A DNA stretch of 64,000 nt, from the NCBI GenBank assembly GCA_023818645.1, contig JAMWCJ010000002.1:9454-73453 (forward strand). The letters are read 5' to 3'. Made by a program: the position numbers and the translations under genes. Below the pieces are notes generated by a model. It searched no databases. It saw only the letters and a program-made list of their open reading frames with translations, and was not told where the DNA came from. This stretch comes from Candidatus Omnitrophota bacterium. Its GTDB lineage: Bacteria > Ratteibacteria > UBA8468 > B48-G9 > JAFGKM01. How positions within the stretch are numbered: position 1 is the first letter of the stretch; every line of letters starts with the position of its first letter. This document shows positions 8,816 through 17,670 of this stretch, piece by piece.

Positions 8816-10528
8816 ATGGACTATAAAAAATACTGGCATACAACTTCACATATAATGGCTCAGGCAGTAAAAAGATTATTTCCTGAAGTTAAACTTGGAA
8901 CAGGACCTGCTATTGAAAAGGGCTTTTATTATGATTTTTATAAAAAAGAACCATTTACTCCAGAAGATCTAATAAAGATAGAAGACGAAATGAAAAAAAT
9001 TATAAAAGAAAATTATAAAATTGAAAGAATTGAGAAAAATAAACAACAGGCAAAAGAAATTTTAAAAAACGAACCTTTTAAAATAGAAATTCTTGATGAG
9101 ATAAAAGATGAGAAAGTAACTTTTTATCAACAGGGAGAGTTTATAGATTTATGCGAAGGCCCTCATCTATATTCAACTGGTGAAGTTAAATTCTTTAAAC
9201 TTCTATCAATTTCTTCTTCTTACTGGAGAGGTGATGAAAATAGGGAGAGTATGCAAAGAATTTATGGTATTTCTTTTGAAACAAAAGATGAGTTAGAGAA
9301 TTATTTAAAATATATGGAAGAGTCAAAAGAAAGGGACCATCGAATTCTTGGGAAAAAACTTGATTTATTCAGTATAAATCCAGATTATGGACCAGGTCTT
9401 ATTTTCTGGCATCCTAAGGGAGCAATTATAAGAAAAATTATTGAAGATTTCTGGAAAGATGTTCATCTTAAAAATGGTTATGAGATTGTATATACTCCAC
9501 ACATTGCAAATATTTCTCTATGGGAGAGATCAGGTCATACATCCTTTTACAGTGATTATCTTTTTCCAAAGATGGAGATAGAGGAGGGGAAAATATACTT
9601 ATTAAAACCGATGAACTGTCCATTCCATATTCAAATTTATAATAGTAGATTAAGAAGTTATAGAGAACTTCCTATAAGGTGGGCCGAACTTGGGACTGTT
9701 TATAGATATGAAAAACCAGGAGTTTTACATGGACTTTTAAGAGTTAGAGGTTTTACACAGGATGATGCACATATTTTTTGTACTCTTGAACAACTTGAAC
9801 AAGAAATTTGTAAGATTATAGATTTGGTTTACTTCTTTTTAAAAAGTTTTGGATTTGAAGATTATAGAGTTTTTTTATCAACAAGACCTGAAAAATTTGT
9901 TGGAACTGTTGAAAGTTGGGAAAAAGCAACCAGTTCCCTTGTAAATGCTTTGAAATCAAAAAATATAAATTATGAAATTGATCCAGGGGAAGGAGTATTT
10001 TACGGACCTAAAATTGATATAAAAATTAAAGATTGTATTGATAGAGAATGGCAGTGCTCAACTATACAAATTGATTTTAATATACCTGAAAAATTTGATT
10101 TAAAATATATTGATGATAATGGAAATTTTAAAACACCTATAATGATTCATAGAGCAATTCTTGGTTCTCTTGAAAGATTTTTTGGAATTTTAATTGAACA
10201 TTATAAAGGAAACTTTCCACTATGGCTTGCTCCAGAACAAGTGAGAATTTTACCTATTGCAGATAGGCACAATCAATTTTCTATTGATTTAAGGGAAAAG
10301 TTAAAAGAACATTTCAGGGTTGAAGTTGATTTAAGAAATGAAAAAATAAATAAAAAGATTAAAGACGCAGAAGAGGAAAAAATTCCTTACATGATAATCA
10401 TAGGAGATAGAGAAATTAGAGAAAATAAGTTGTCTTTAAGAAAACATAGAAAAGGGATGCTTGGAGAATTTAGTTTTAATGAAATTGTAGAATTGTTTAA
10501 GAACGAGATAATATCTAAAAAAATATAA
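8816..10528 (+). CDS. thrS: Threonine--tRNA ligase (lacks the N-terminal TGS domain)
   Basis: 570 aa. Begins at the N2 editing domain (…HTTSHIMAQAVKRLFPEVKLGTGPAIEKGFYYDF…). Class II motifs (…FRYEKPGVLHGLLRVRGFTQDDAHIF…) and a C-terminal anticodon-binding domain. About 70 aa shorter than TGS-containing ThrS. Confidence 0.9.
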   Translation: MDYKKYWHTTSHIMAQAVKRLFPEVKLGTGPAIEKGFYYDFYKKEPFTPEDLIKIEDEMKKIIKENYKIERIEKNKQQAKEILKNEPFKIEILDEIKDEKVTFYQQGEFIDLCEGPHLYSTGEVKFFKLLSISSSYWRGDENRESMQRIYGISFETKDELENYLKYMEESKERDHRILGKKLDLFSINPDYGPGLIFWHPKGAIIRKIIEDFWKDVHLKNGYEIVYTPHIANISLWERSGHTSFYSDYLFPKMEIEEGKIYLLKPMNCPFHIQIYNSRLRSYRELPIRWAELGTVYRYEKPGVLHGLLRVRGFTQDDAHIFCTLEQLEQEICKIIDLVYFFLKSFGFEDYRVFLSTRPEKFVGTVESWEKATSSLVNALKSKNINYEIDPGEGVFYGPKIDIKIKDCIDREWQCSTIQIDFNIPEKFDLKYIDDNGNFKTPIMIHRAILGSLERFFGILIEHYKGNFPLWLAPEQVRILPIADRHNQFSIDLREKLKEHFRVEVDLRNEKINKKIKDAEEEKIPYMIIIGDREIRENKLSLRKHRKGMLGEFSFNEIVELFKNEIISKKI

Positions 10529-10531
10529 ATC

Positions 10532-11692
10532 TCAGTTAAGTTCTTTCATTTCAAGTTCAATAAAAGAAATTAGATATTCTAAAACTTTATCTATCGCAAT
10601 TTCCACAATTTCACCGGTTTTTCTTTTTTTCACTTCTAATTTATTGTCTTTAACTTTTCTCCCAATTATTATTTGAAGAGGAAAACCGCAAAGGTCAGCA
10701 TCTTTAAACTTAACTCCTGCACTTTCTTCTCTATCATCAATTATAACACTAATATTATTCATTTTTAATTGGTTATAAACTTTTTCACTTATATTTACTA
10801 TGTTGCTATCACCTATGTTTGTGGGAATTATATCTACTAAGAATGGAGCAATAGACAAAGGCCAGACTATTCCATTTTCATCATAATTTCCTTCTATCAC
10901 TGCAGCAACTATTCTGCTTACGCCTATTCCATAACAACCCATATAAACCGGTTTTTCCTGATTATCTTTGTCTACAAAGTATGCCTTCATAGATTTACTA
11001 TATTCAAGCCCAAGTTTAAAAATATGACCTACTTCAAGCTCACTGCATTCTCCTTCTGCCACAAATTCTTCTGAAAATTTCCCACCTATTACACCACTTT
11101 CTGCTTCTTTGATATTAAACTTAAGTCCACATTTTTTAAATATTTTTTTGTATGTTTCTTTCATTAAATTGTAAGATTTATCAAGTCCATCTTCATCTAA
11201 ATCAAAACTGTAAGCATCCTTCATTAAAAATTCTCTCGCTCTTATAATTGCAAATCTTGGTCTTATTTCGTCCCTAAATTTTGTCTGGATTTGATACAAA
11301 ATTATAGGTAATTGTTTCCATGATTTTATATATCTCCTGATTATATCAGTGATTACTTCTTCATGTGTTGGTCCAAAAATCATTTCTCTATTATGTCTAT
11401 CAATAAATCTAATCATATCTTTTCCCATTTTCTCAAGACGAGCAGTTTCTTTCCATAATGATGCAGGTTGTAGAGAAGGCATTAACAATTCTATCGCTCC
11501 TGCTTTATCCATTTCTTCTCTTACTATATTTTCAACTTTTTTCAGAACTCTTAGTCCAAGTGGTAGATAAGTATAAACACCAGCAGAAAGTTTATCTATT
11601 AAACCCGCTCTTATTAACAGTTTATGACTTATTGTTTCCGCCTCTTTTGGTGCTTCTTTTTGTGTAAGAATAAAATATTTACTCCATCTCAT
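10532..11692 (-). CDS. proS: Proline--tRNA ligase, bacterial type without the INS editing domain
   Basis: The N-terminus MRWSKYFILTQKEAPKEAETISHKLLIRAGLI…LRVLKKVENIVREEM matches bacterial ProS. Motif 2 (FRDEIRPRFAIIRAREFLMKDAYSF) and motif 3 (YMGCYGIGVSRIVAAVIE) are present. Only about 15 aa separate GVIGGKFSEEF… from …EVGHIF, where E. coli ProS has the INS domain of about 180 aa. Confidence 0.85.
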   Translation of the reverse strand: MRWSKYFILTQKEAPKEAETISHKLLIRAGLIDKLSAGVYTYLPLGLRVLKKVENIVREEMDKAGAIELLMPSLQPASLWKETARLEKMGKDMIRFIDRHNREMIFGPTHEEVITDIIRRYIKSWKQLPIILYQIQTKFRDEIRPRFAIIRAREFLMKDAYSFDLDEDGLDKSYNLMKETYKKIFKKCGLKFNIKEAESGVIGGKFSEEFVAEGECSELEVGHIFKLGLEYSKSMKAYFVDKDNQEKPVYMGCYGIGVSRIVAAVIEGNYDENGIVWPLSIAPFLVDIIPTNIGDSNIVNISEKVYNQLKMNNISVIIDDREESAGVKFKDADLCGFPLQIIIGRKVKDNKLEVKKRKTGEIVEIAIDKVLEYLISFIELEMKELN

Positions 11693-11752
11693 ATATCCTC
11701 CTAATCAAAGAAAATATTTTATCCTATTTCTCTCAAATTTAAAAGTATAAAA

Positions 11753-12823
11753 TTATTTTTTCCTATAAATCTTTCCAGGCAATTCTTCAATTAACCCTTT
11801 CATATGAAGTTGGGTTAATAAAGAAAGAAGAATTTTGGGTTCAATTTTACTTATACTTAATATTTCATCTACGTTTAATGGTTGTTCTAAAATTTTTATA
11901 ATTAATTTTTCTTCTTCTGTTAAAGTTTCTATTTTCTTCTTTGTTTGTTTTTGTTCTTTTACTTTTATGTTTAATGCCTCAAGTATATCATTTGTATTTT
12001 CTATTAATATTGCCCCTTCTTTTAAGAGTTGATTGGTTCCTTTTGAATATAATGTATCAACTCTTCCTGGTAAAGCAAAAACATCTCTTCCTTGTTCAAG
12101 TGCAAAATTGGCTGTAATCAAAGCACCACTTTTAGGTCCTGCTTCTATTATAATTACACCTTTACATAAACCAGAAATTATTCTATTTCTTTTTGGGAAA
12201 TTATATTTTTCAGGGAGAGTAAAAGATGGGTATTCTGTTATTACTGCACCATTTTTTATAATATCTTTTCCAAGTTTTCTGTTTTCAGGAGGATAGAAAT
12301 TTTTGAATCCAGAACCCATTATACCGATTGTTTTTCCATTTGCTCTTAATGCTCCTGTGTGAGCAGCAGTATCAATTCCTCTTGCCAGACCGCTTACAAT
12401 TGTAAAACCAAATTGAGATAGTTCAAATGCAAATTTTTCAGCCATTTTAATACCATAAACAGATGGGGTTCTTGTTCCTACTATTGCAATAGGAATAATA
12501 TTATTAAAATTTATATTCCCTTTAAAATAAAACAAAATAGGTGGGTCATAAATTTCTTTTAATAGAAAGGGATAATTAGGGTCTTTTATGGTCAGAATAT
12601 TTATTCCCTCATTTTCAATATATTTGATTTCTTCTTTTAATGGCAACTCTTCCCATCTTTTAATTTTTTCAGCAATGTTTTTAGATAATCCGAATTCAAC
12701 TAATTTCTTTGTATCAAGTTTAAAAATCTCTTCAATGTTTTTTAATTCATTAAATAATTTTTGTAGTTTTTGATATGAAATATTTATAAAGTTTAAAGCA
12801 AGCCAATAAATTTTTTCATCCAT
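11753..12823 (-). CDS. dprA: DNA-processing protein DprA (Smf)
   Basis: Rossmann-like DprA core (IAIVGTRTPSVYGIKMAEKFAFELSQFGFTIVSGLARGIDTAAHTGAL) and a C-terminal winged-helix-like tail. Confidence 0.85.
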   Translation of the reverse strand: MDEKIYWLALNFINISYQKLQKLFNELKNIEEIFKLDTKKLVEFGLSKNIAEKIKRWEELPLKEEIKYIENEGINILTIKDPNYPFLLKEIYDPPILFYFKGNINFNNIIPIAIVGTRTPSVYGIKMAEKFAFELSQFGFTIVSGLARGIDTAAHTGALRANGKTIGIMGSGFKNFYPPENRKLGKDIIKNGAVITEYPSFTLPEKYNFPKRNRIISGLCKGVIIIEAGPKSGALITANFALEQGRDVFALPGRVDTLYSKGTNQLLKEGAILIENTNDILEALNIKVKEQKQTKKKIETLTEEEKLIIKILEQPLNVDEILSISKIEPKILLSLLTQLHMKGLIEELPGKIYRKK

Positions 12824-12825
12824 TT

Positions 12826-13980
12826 TTAAAAAGTGGTTGGATCAAATAATTTTTGATATTCACTCAATGCAAATCTATCAGTCATTCCTGCAATATAATC
12901 ACATATAACAATTTCCTTTTTCTCTTGCTCTATTTTTTTCTGGATATGAGATGGTAATTGTCTTGGTTCATTATAATAAGCATAAAATAGTTCTTTTATA
13001 ATTCTTCCACCTTTTTCTGTCATTCTTATGACCTTTGGATGAGTATACATTTTTTCTTCAAGGAACTTCCGCAACTGACTGTGTTGAATTTTTGCTTTCT
13101 CAGAATTTTTAACTATAATCTCTAAGTTTCTAATTTCATCTACTGATTTTGGGTTTAGTTTTGATAAGTTTTTTTTTGTTTCTTCAATAAGATCTGTTAC
13201 AAAATAATTTATCAAATTCCTTATCATTATATGTCTCTTATGCCTTTTATCATTTAATTGTTTTCGTATATTTTTTTCTATCTCTTTCCATATTTCTACA
13301 TCTTCAACATCTTTAAAACTTATAATTTCTGATTTAATACCATCGTCTAAATCATGACAGGTATAGGCAATTTCATCCGCTACATTAACAATCTGCGCTT
13401 CTATTGTTGGTGATTTAAATTTTATAAATTCTTCATATTCTTTTTCAATCAAAGGAGTGTCAAAACTTGTTGAATGTCTAATTATCCCTTCTCTCACTTC
13501 ATAAGTTAGGTTTAATCCTGGAAAATCTGGATATTTTTCTTCAAGAAAATCAACAATTTTTAATCCCTGTTTGTTGTGTTCAAAACCAGGTAAATTATAT
13601 GATTGCATAATTTCATTTAAAACTGTTTCACCTTTATGTCCAAATGGAGTATGTCCAAGGTCATGTGCAAGAGAGATCGCTTCAACAAGATCTTCGTTTA
13701 CTTTTAATTCTCTCGCAATCGTCCTTGCAATCTGTTGAACTTCAAGAGTATGAGTTAATCTATTTCTATAATAGTCACCTTCATGATAAATAAAAACTTG
13801 TGTTTTATATTCAAGTCTCCTAAAAGCAGTTGAGTGTATTATTCTATCCCTGTCTCTTTGAAAAGGAGTTCTAAAAGGATGTTCGTCTTCCTTATATTTT
13901 CTTCCAAGAGTTTTAAAACTGAAAACTGCGTATTTTTCAAAGATTAATTTTTCCCTATCTTCTAAAAATTTATTTTCCAT
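12826..13980 (-). CDS. dgt: dGTP triphosphohydrolase-like HD-domain protein
   Basis: HD-domain metal ligands (…YRNRLTHTLEVQQIARTIA… and …LAHDLGHTPFGHKGE…) typical of the dGTPase/dNTP triphosphohydrolase family. Confidence 0.8.
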   Translation of the reverse strand: MENKFLEDREKLIFEKYAVFSFKTLGRKYKEDEHPFRTPFQRDRDRIIHSTAFRRLEYKTQVFIYHEGDYYRNRLTHTLEVQQIARTIARELKVNEDLVEAISLAHDLGHTPFGHKGETVLNEIMQSYNLPGFEHNKQGLKIVDFLEEKYPDFPGLNLTYEVREGIIRHSTSFDTPLIEKEYEEFIKFKSPTIEAQIVNVADEIAYTCHDLDDGIKSEIISFKDVEDVEIWKEIEKNIRKQLNDKRHKRHIMIRNLINYFVTDLIEETKKNLSKLNPKSVDEIRNLEIIVKNSEKAKIQHSQLRKFLEEKMYTHPKVIRMTEKGGRIIKELFYAYYNEPRQLPSHIQKKIEQEKKEIVICDYIAGMTDRFALSEYQKLFDPTTF

Positions 13981-14708
13981 TCCGGAGTTGGTAAATATTT
14001 TAATGGGTCAACATTTACACCATCAATAATGATTTCAAAATGTATGTATCTTTTCCTTTGAGTTCCAGATTTTACTTTCCCTATAGTTTCACCTTTTTTC
14101 ACTCTATCTCCATTTTTAACTTTTATTTCAAGGTCGTGCGCATAAACAGTATAGATAGAAGGATTATGTTTAATTATAATTGTCTCATCATATTTTTTAG
14201 TATTTCCTGCAAAAACAACCTCTCCATCCTGCGAAGCAACAACATCTGTCGCTGGTTCAACTATCAAATCAATTCCTTTATTCTCAAGTTCACCAAATTT
14301 ACATATTATTTTACCATAAACAGGCCAGATAAACATACTTTCTTTAACAATTTTTGTTTCAATTTCAAGCGTTTTTGTTTCTACAAAAGATTGTGGTTTA
14401 ATATCTGCTGGTGGTAAAAGTGCATAAGATGGTTGCTGTTTATTTGTTTCAGGAATTAATAATCTTTGCCCAACACTTATATTTTCGTTTTTCAAATTAT
14501 TCGCTTTCATAATCTTTTCAATCCCTTGTTTAATTTTTTCAACTGTTTCACCTTCATAATAATATTTAGATATCCTGAATAAAGTTTCTCCCTTTCTTAC
14601 TTCATGATATGTAAAATTTACCTTTTCTGGTTTTGTTGCAATTGTAATAGCACATCCAGAAATTAAAAATATAAACAGTCCTAATTCAATTCTTTTTAAA
14701 ATTTTCAT
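13962..14708 (-). CDS. LysM-domain M23 family metallopeptidase (lipoprotein)
   Basis: Lipobox LISGCA. LysM segment (YHEVRKGETLFRISKYYY…VGQRLLIP). C-terminal M23/LytM-like segment (GIDLIV…DGEVVFAG…YTVYAHD…KGETIGKV). Confidence 0.8.
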   Translation of the reverse strand: MKILKRIELGLFIFLISGCAITIATKPEKVNFTYHEVRKGETLFRISKYYYEGETVEKIKQGIEKIMKANNLKNENISVGQRLLIPETNKQQPSYALLPPADIKPQSFVETKTLEIETKIVKESMFIWPVYGKIICKFGELENKGIDLIVEPATDVVASQDGEVVFAGNTKKYDETIIIKHNPSIYTVYAHDLEIKVKNGDRVKKGETIGKVKSGTQRKRYIHFEIIIDGVNVDPLKYLPTPEWKINF

Positions 14709-14880
14709 TTTTTAAAAAATTAATCACAAATTTTTATTTTTTCCTTTTTTAAAATGGAGTAGAACATATTCACCTTTAATTTTTTCCCTTTTGGTATTTC
14801 CCATAATTTCAAAACTCCATTTATTTCAAGACATAAATCAAAGTGATGAGAAGTTTTAAAATGTTCCTGAATAACAAAAA

Positions 14881-15510
14881 TCATTTTATTTTTCCCTTAG
14901 TTAAACAAAATTCATATAAAGGACAATTATTACAATTAGGATTTTTTGATTTACAAATATTTCTTCCAAACAGAATTAATCTAAAAGGAAAGTCAATCCA
15001 TTCATCTTTTGGTAAAATCTTCATTAAATCTTTTTCTATTTTTTCAGGGTCTTTATTTTTTGTTAGACCAAGGCGATATGAAACTCTTTTGACATGTGTA
15101 TCAACTACAATTCCTTCTGCCTTTCTAAATGCCTGGGATAACACAACATTTGCTGTTTTCCTTGCAACACCTGGTAGTTTAATTAAATCTTCAAGTTTAT
15201 CTGGTAATTTACCATTAAATTCTTTAACAATAATTTGAGATACTTTTTTTATATACTTTGCTTTATTCTTATAGAAATTAACCGATTTTATTAATTTAGT
15301 AATTTCATTTATATCAGAAGATGCAAAATCATTAGGAGTTTTAAATTTTTTGAATAGTTCAGCAGTTACTTTGTTAACTCTTTCATCAGTTGTTTGTGCA
15401 GAAAGAATAGTGGCTATTAAAAGTTGAAAAGGATTTTCAAAATATAAAGCCGTTTTTGAAATAGGATATAATTTTTTGAGTATTAAACTTATTTCTTTTA
15501 CTTTTTCCAT
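14881..15510 (-). CDS. nth: Endonuclease III
   Basis: HhH-GPD fold (…LPGVARKTANVVL…VDTHVKRVSYRLGL…) and a C-terminal 4Fe-4S Cys cluster (CKSKNPNCNNCPLYEFC). Confidence 0.9.
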   Translation of the reverse strand: MEKVKEISLILKKLYPISKTALYFENPFQLLIATILSAQTTDERVNKVTAELFKKFKTPNDFASSDINEITKLIKSVNFYKNKAKYIKKVSQIIVKEFNGKLPDKLEDLIKLPGVARKTANVVLSQAFRKAEGIVVDTHVKRVSYRLGLTKNKDPEKIEKDLMKILPKDEWIDFPFRLILFGRNICKSKNPNCNNCPLYEFCLTKGKIK

Positions 15511-15649
15511 TATAATAAATTTTAACCAAATTAATCTTTTTCGTCAAACCTCTTCACTTCTTAGGTGAGGATAGGAAAGATTGTGGTTTTTTGGCTTTTG
15601 ATTATATGATTATTTTAGATTTCGTTAGAAGTATTAATTTTATAAAAAA

Positions 15650-15721
15650 TGGAGATAGCCGGATTTGAACCGGCAACCTTCCGCGTGCAAGGCGGACGCT
15701 CTCCCGTTGAGCTATATCCCC
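15650..15721 (-). tRNA. tRNA-Ala (anticodon TGC)
   Basis: Reverse complement GGGGATATAGCTCAACGGGAGAGCGTCCGCCTTGCACGCGGAAGGTTGCCGGTTCAAATCCGGCTATCTCCA folds as a cloverleaf. Anticodon loop CTTGCAC (anticodon TGC). G3:U70 alanine identity pair is present. Confidence 0.85.
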
Positions 15722-15748
15722 ACAAAAATAATTTTAACAAAAAAAATG

Positions 15749-16618
15749 TTAAATGTCAATATTTATGCAACTTTCTGCAAGATATGAACTTCTATAAAAT
15801 ATGCCGGAAAAGACTTTTCTAAAACCAATTTTTAAACCATAATCCTTAATTTTTAAAAAGAAATCGGTATCATAAAATTTCTTTACTTCATATCCATTTT
15901 TATTTGGTTTTAAATATTGACCAACAACAAGAATATCGCATCCTGTCTTTAAAATATCTTCCATTAATATAAAAATTTCTTCTTCTTTCTCTCCAAGACC
16001 AAGCATAAATCCTGATTTTGTTATAAAACCATATTTTTTAATTTCTGATAATATTTTTAATGATGTGTTATAATCTGACTTTGGTCTTATAATTGGATAT
16101 AAAAATGACACTGTTTCAAGATTATGAGAAATTATATCTGGTTTTGAGTCAAAAATAATTTTTAAGGAATTTAAATTACCATTAAAATCAGGAATAAGTA
16201 GTTCAATTTTTGTTTCTGGAGATTTTTTTCTTATTTCTTCAACAACTTTTTTAAATTGACCTGCGCCTCCATCGGGTAAATCATCTCTCGTTACTGAAGT
16301 TATAACGACATATTTCATTTCAAGTATTTTGACAATTTCAGCAATTCTTTCTGGTTCTTTATTGTCAATAGGTTCAGGAATTGTCTTACTTACCCCACAA
16401 AATTTACAGTTTCTTGTGCAGTTTTTTCCAAGAATCATAAAGGAAGCATACTTTTTCCCAAAACATTCATAAATATTTGGGCAAATGGCATTTTCACATA
16501 CAGTTTGAACATTGTAAGTATTTAAAAGATTTCTTAGATAAATAATATTTTCATTAAGAGAAATTCTTTTTTTTATATATGCAGGAATTTTTCTCATTTT
16601 AAATATATTTTTCAACAA
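15749..16618 (-). CDS. lipA: Lipoyl synthase
   Basis: N-terminal auxiliary-cluster cysteines (CENAICPNIYEC) and a radical-SAM CxxxCxxC-like triad (CTRNCKFC). Matches LipA in length. Confidence 0.88.
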   Translation of the reverse strand: MLKNIFKMRKIPAYIKKRISLNENIIYLRNLLNTYNVQTVCENAICPNIYECFGKKYASFMILGKNCTRNCKFCGVSKTIPEPIDNKEPERIAEIVKILEMKYVVITSVTRDDLPDGGAGQFKKVVEEIRKKSPETKIELLIPDFNGNLNSLKIIFDSKPDIISHNLETVSFLYPIIRPKSDYNTSLKILSEIKKYGFITKSGFMLGLGEKEEEIFILMEDILKTGCDILVVGQYLKPNKNGYEVKKFYDTDFFLKIKDYGLKIGFRKVFSGIFYRSSYLAESCINIDI

Positions 16619-17651
16619 AGTTTAAAAATCTTCTATCTTTTAGATTTTTAGTATCAACTGTACCACAGGAAATTAGGACTTTTCCTGAATAGAAATTTTT
16701 AATAAGTATTTCAAATTGTTCTTTATCAGAAGCATAAATAATTACATTTTTCCCTTTTTTCAATATTTTATCAATTACAGGAAGCCACAAAGATGAAGCA
16801 CAAGGTGGTCTTCCTGCTCCTGGAACTACTTGAATAACTTTGATATATGGCAAAGATAAAAGAATGTCAAGATGTTTTATTTCATCAGGACCATCAAGAT
16901 GCCAGGCAATATATTCAAGATAATCTTTTAGTTTTTCAAGTTCATATACAACAAATTTTTCAAATAATTTAGGAGAAATCATTGTTGAAAAATCAGATTG
17001 ACATGCATAGGTTTTCCCTGGAGCCCACAATAGCCAGCATGCATCACCACTAATTTTTTTAGAATATATAGAATGGAAGAATTTATGTGATTTTATCCAT
17101 GCATCTACAAATTCATCAATCTTTTCAATTATTATTTCAGGGATTTCTATTATATCTATTAATAAATTTTCTACCCCTCTTAAAAGAGAAAAACAGGTTA
17201 AAGCATCTCCAAAATCAGGCATCCATATTAAAAACTCTCCATTATATTTTTCAATCTGTTTTTCAAGAAGTTTTTTACTCGCTCTTACCCAGAAATTATC
17301 CTGCCTGAATTCTATTTTAAATTTTTTCCAGTCATTTATAACTTTTTCAAACCAGACAGTTTCTTTACCAAAGAGCACTTTTCCACCAATATATGCAGTC
17401 ATTGTCATAGGTGTTCCTCTACTTCCCCATAAATGTGGTAAAGATGGATATAAAATTCCGAGATATTCTAATTTTTTTGTATTTTCAATCTGTGCATTTA
17501 CAAATTTTTCAAAATCAGGTAAATTGTTTTCTTCTTTCCAAAAATCATTTAAATTTATAAAATTTCCATCATTAATTTTTGAAATTCCAATTAAAGGACG
17601 ATTAGTTTTTTCATTCCACCAATCTTCAATTTTTTTCAGTTTCTCTACCAT
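16599..17651 (-). CDS. Hypothetical protein, possibly URO-D/MtaA-like TIM-barrel family (weak)
   Basis: 350 aa, cytoplasmic. Carries a C-terminal H-x-DG-x5-h-x2-h segment (HLDGPDEIKHLDILLSLPYIKVIQVVPGAG). This resembles the conserved region of the three clearer URO-D-like paralogs in the window. Low confidence. Confidence 0.3.
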   Translation of the reverse strand: MVEKLKKIEDWWNEKTNRPLIGISKINDGNFINLNDFWKEENNLPDFEKFVNAQIENTKKLEYLGILYPSLPHLWGSRGTPMTMTAYIGGKVLFGKETVWFEKVINDWKKFKIEFRQDNFWVRASKKLLEKQIEKYNGEFLIWMPDFGDALTCFSLLRGVENLLIDIIEIPEIIIEKIDEFVDAWIKSHKFFHSIYSKKISGDACWLLWAPGKTYACQSDFSTMISPKLFEKFVVYELEKLKDYLEYIAWHLDGPDEIKHLDILLSLPYIKVIQVVPGAGRPPCASSLWLPVIDKILKKGKNVIIYASDKEQFEILIKNFYSGKVLISCGTVDTKNLKDRRFLNFVEKYI

Positions 17652-17670
17652 TTTTTCTCCATTTTTAATT

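Noticed and set aside
15511-15649. Weak inverted repeat cctc…gagg between nth and tRNA-Ala as a terminator
   Set aside because: The stem is only 4 bp with a 14-nt loop and there is no following U-tract on the relevant strand. Not convincing.
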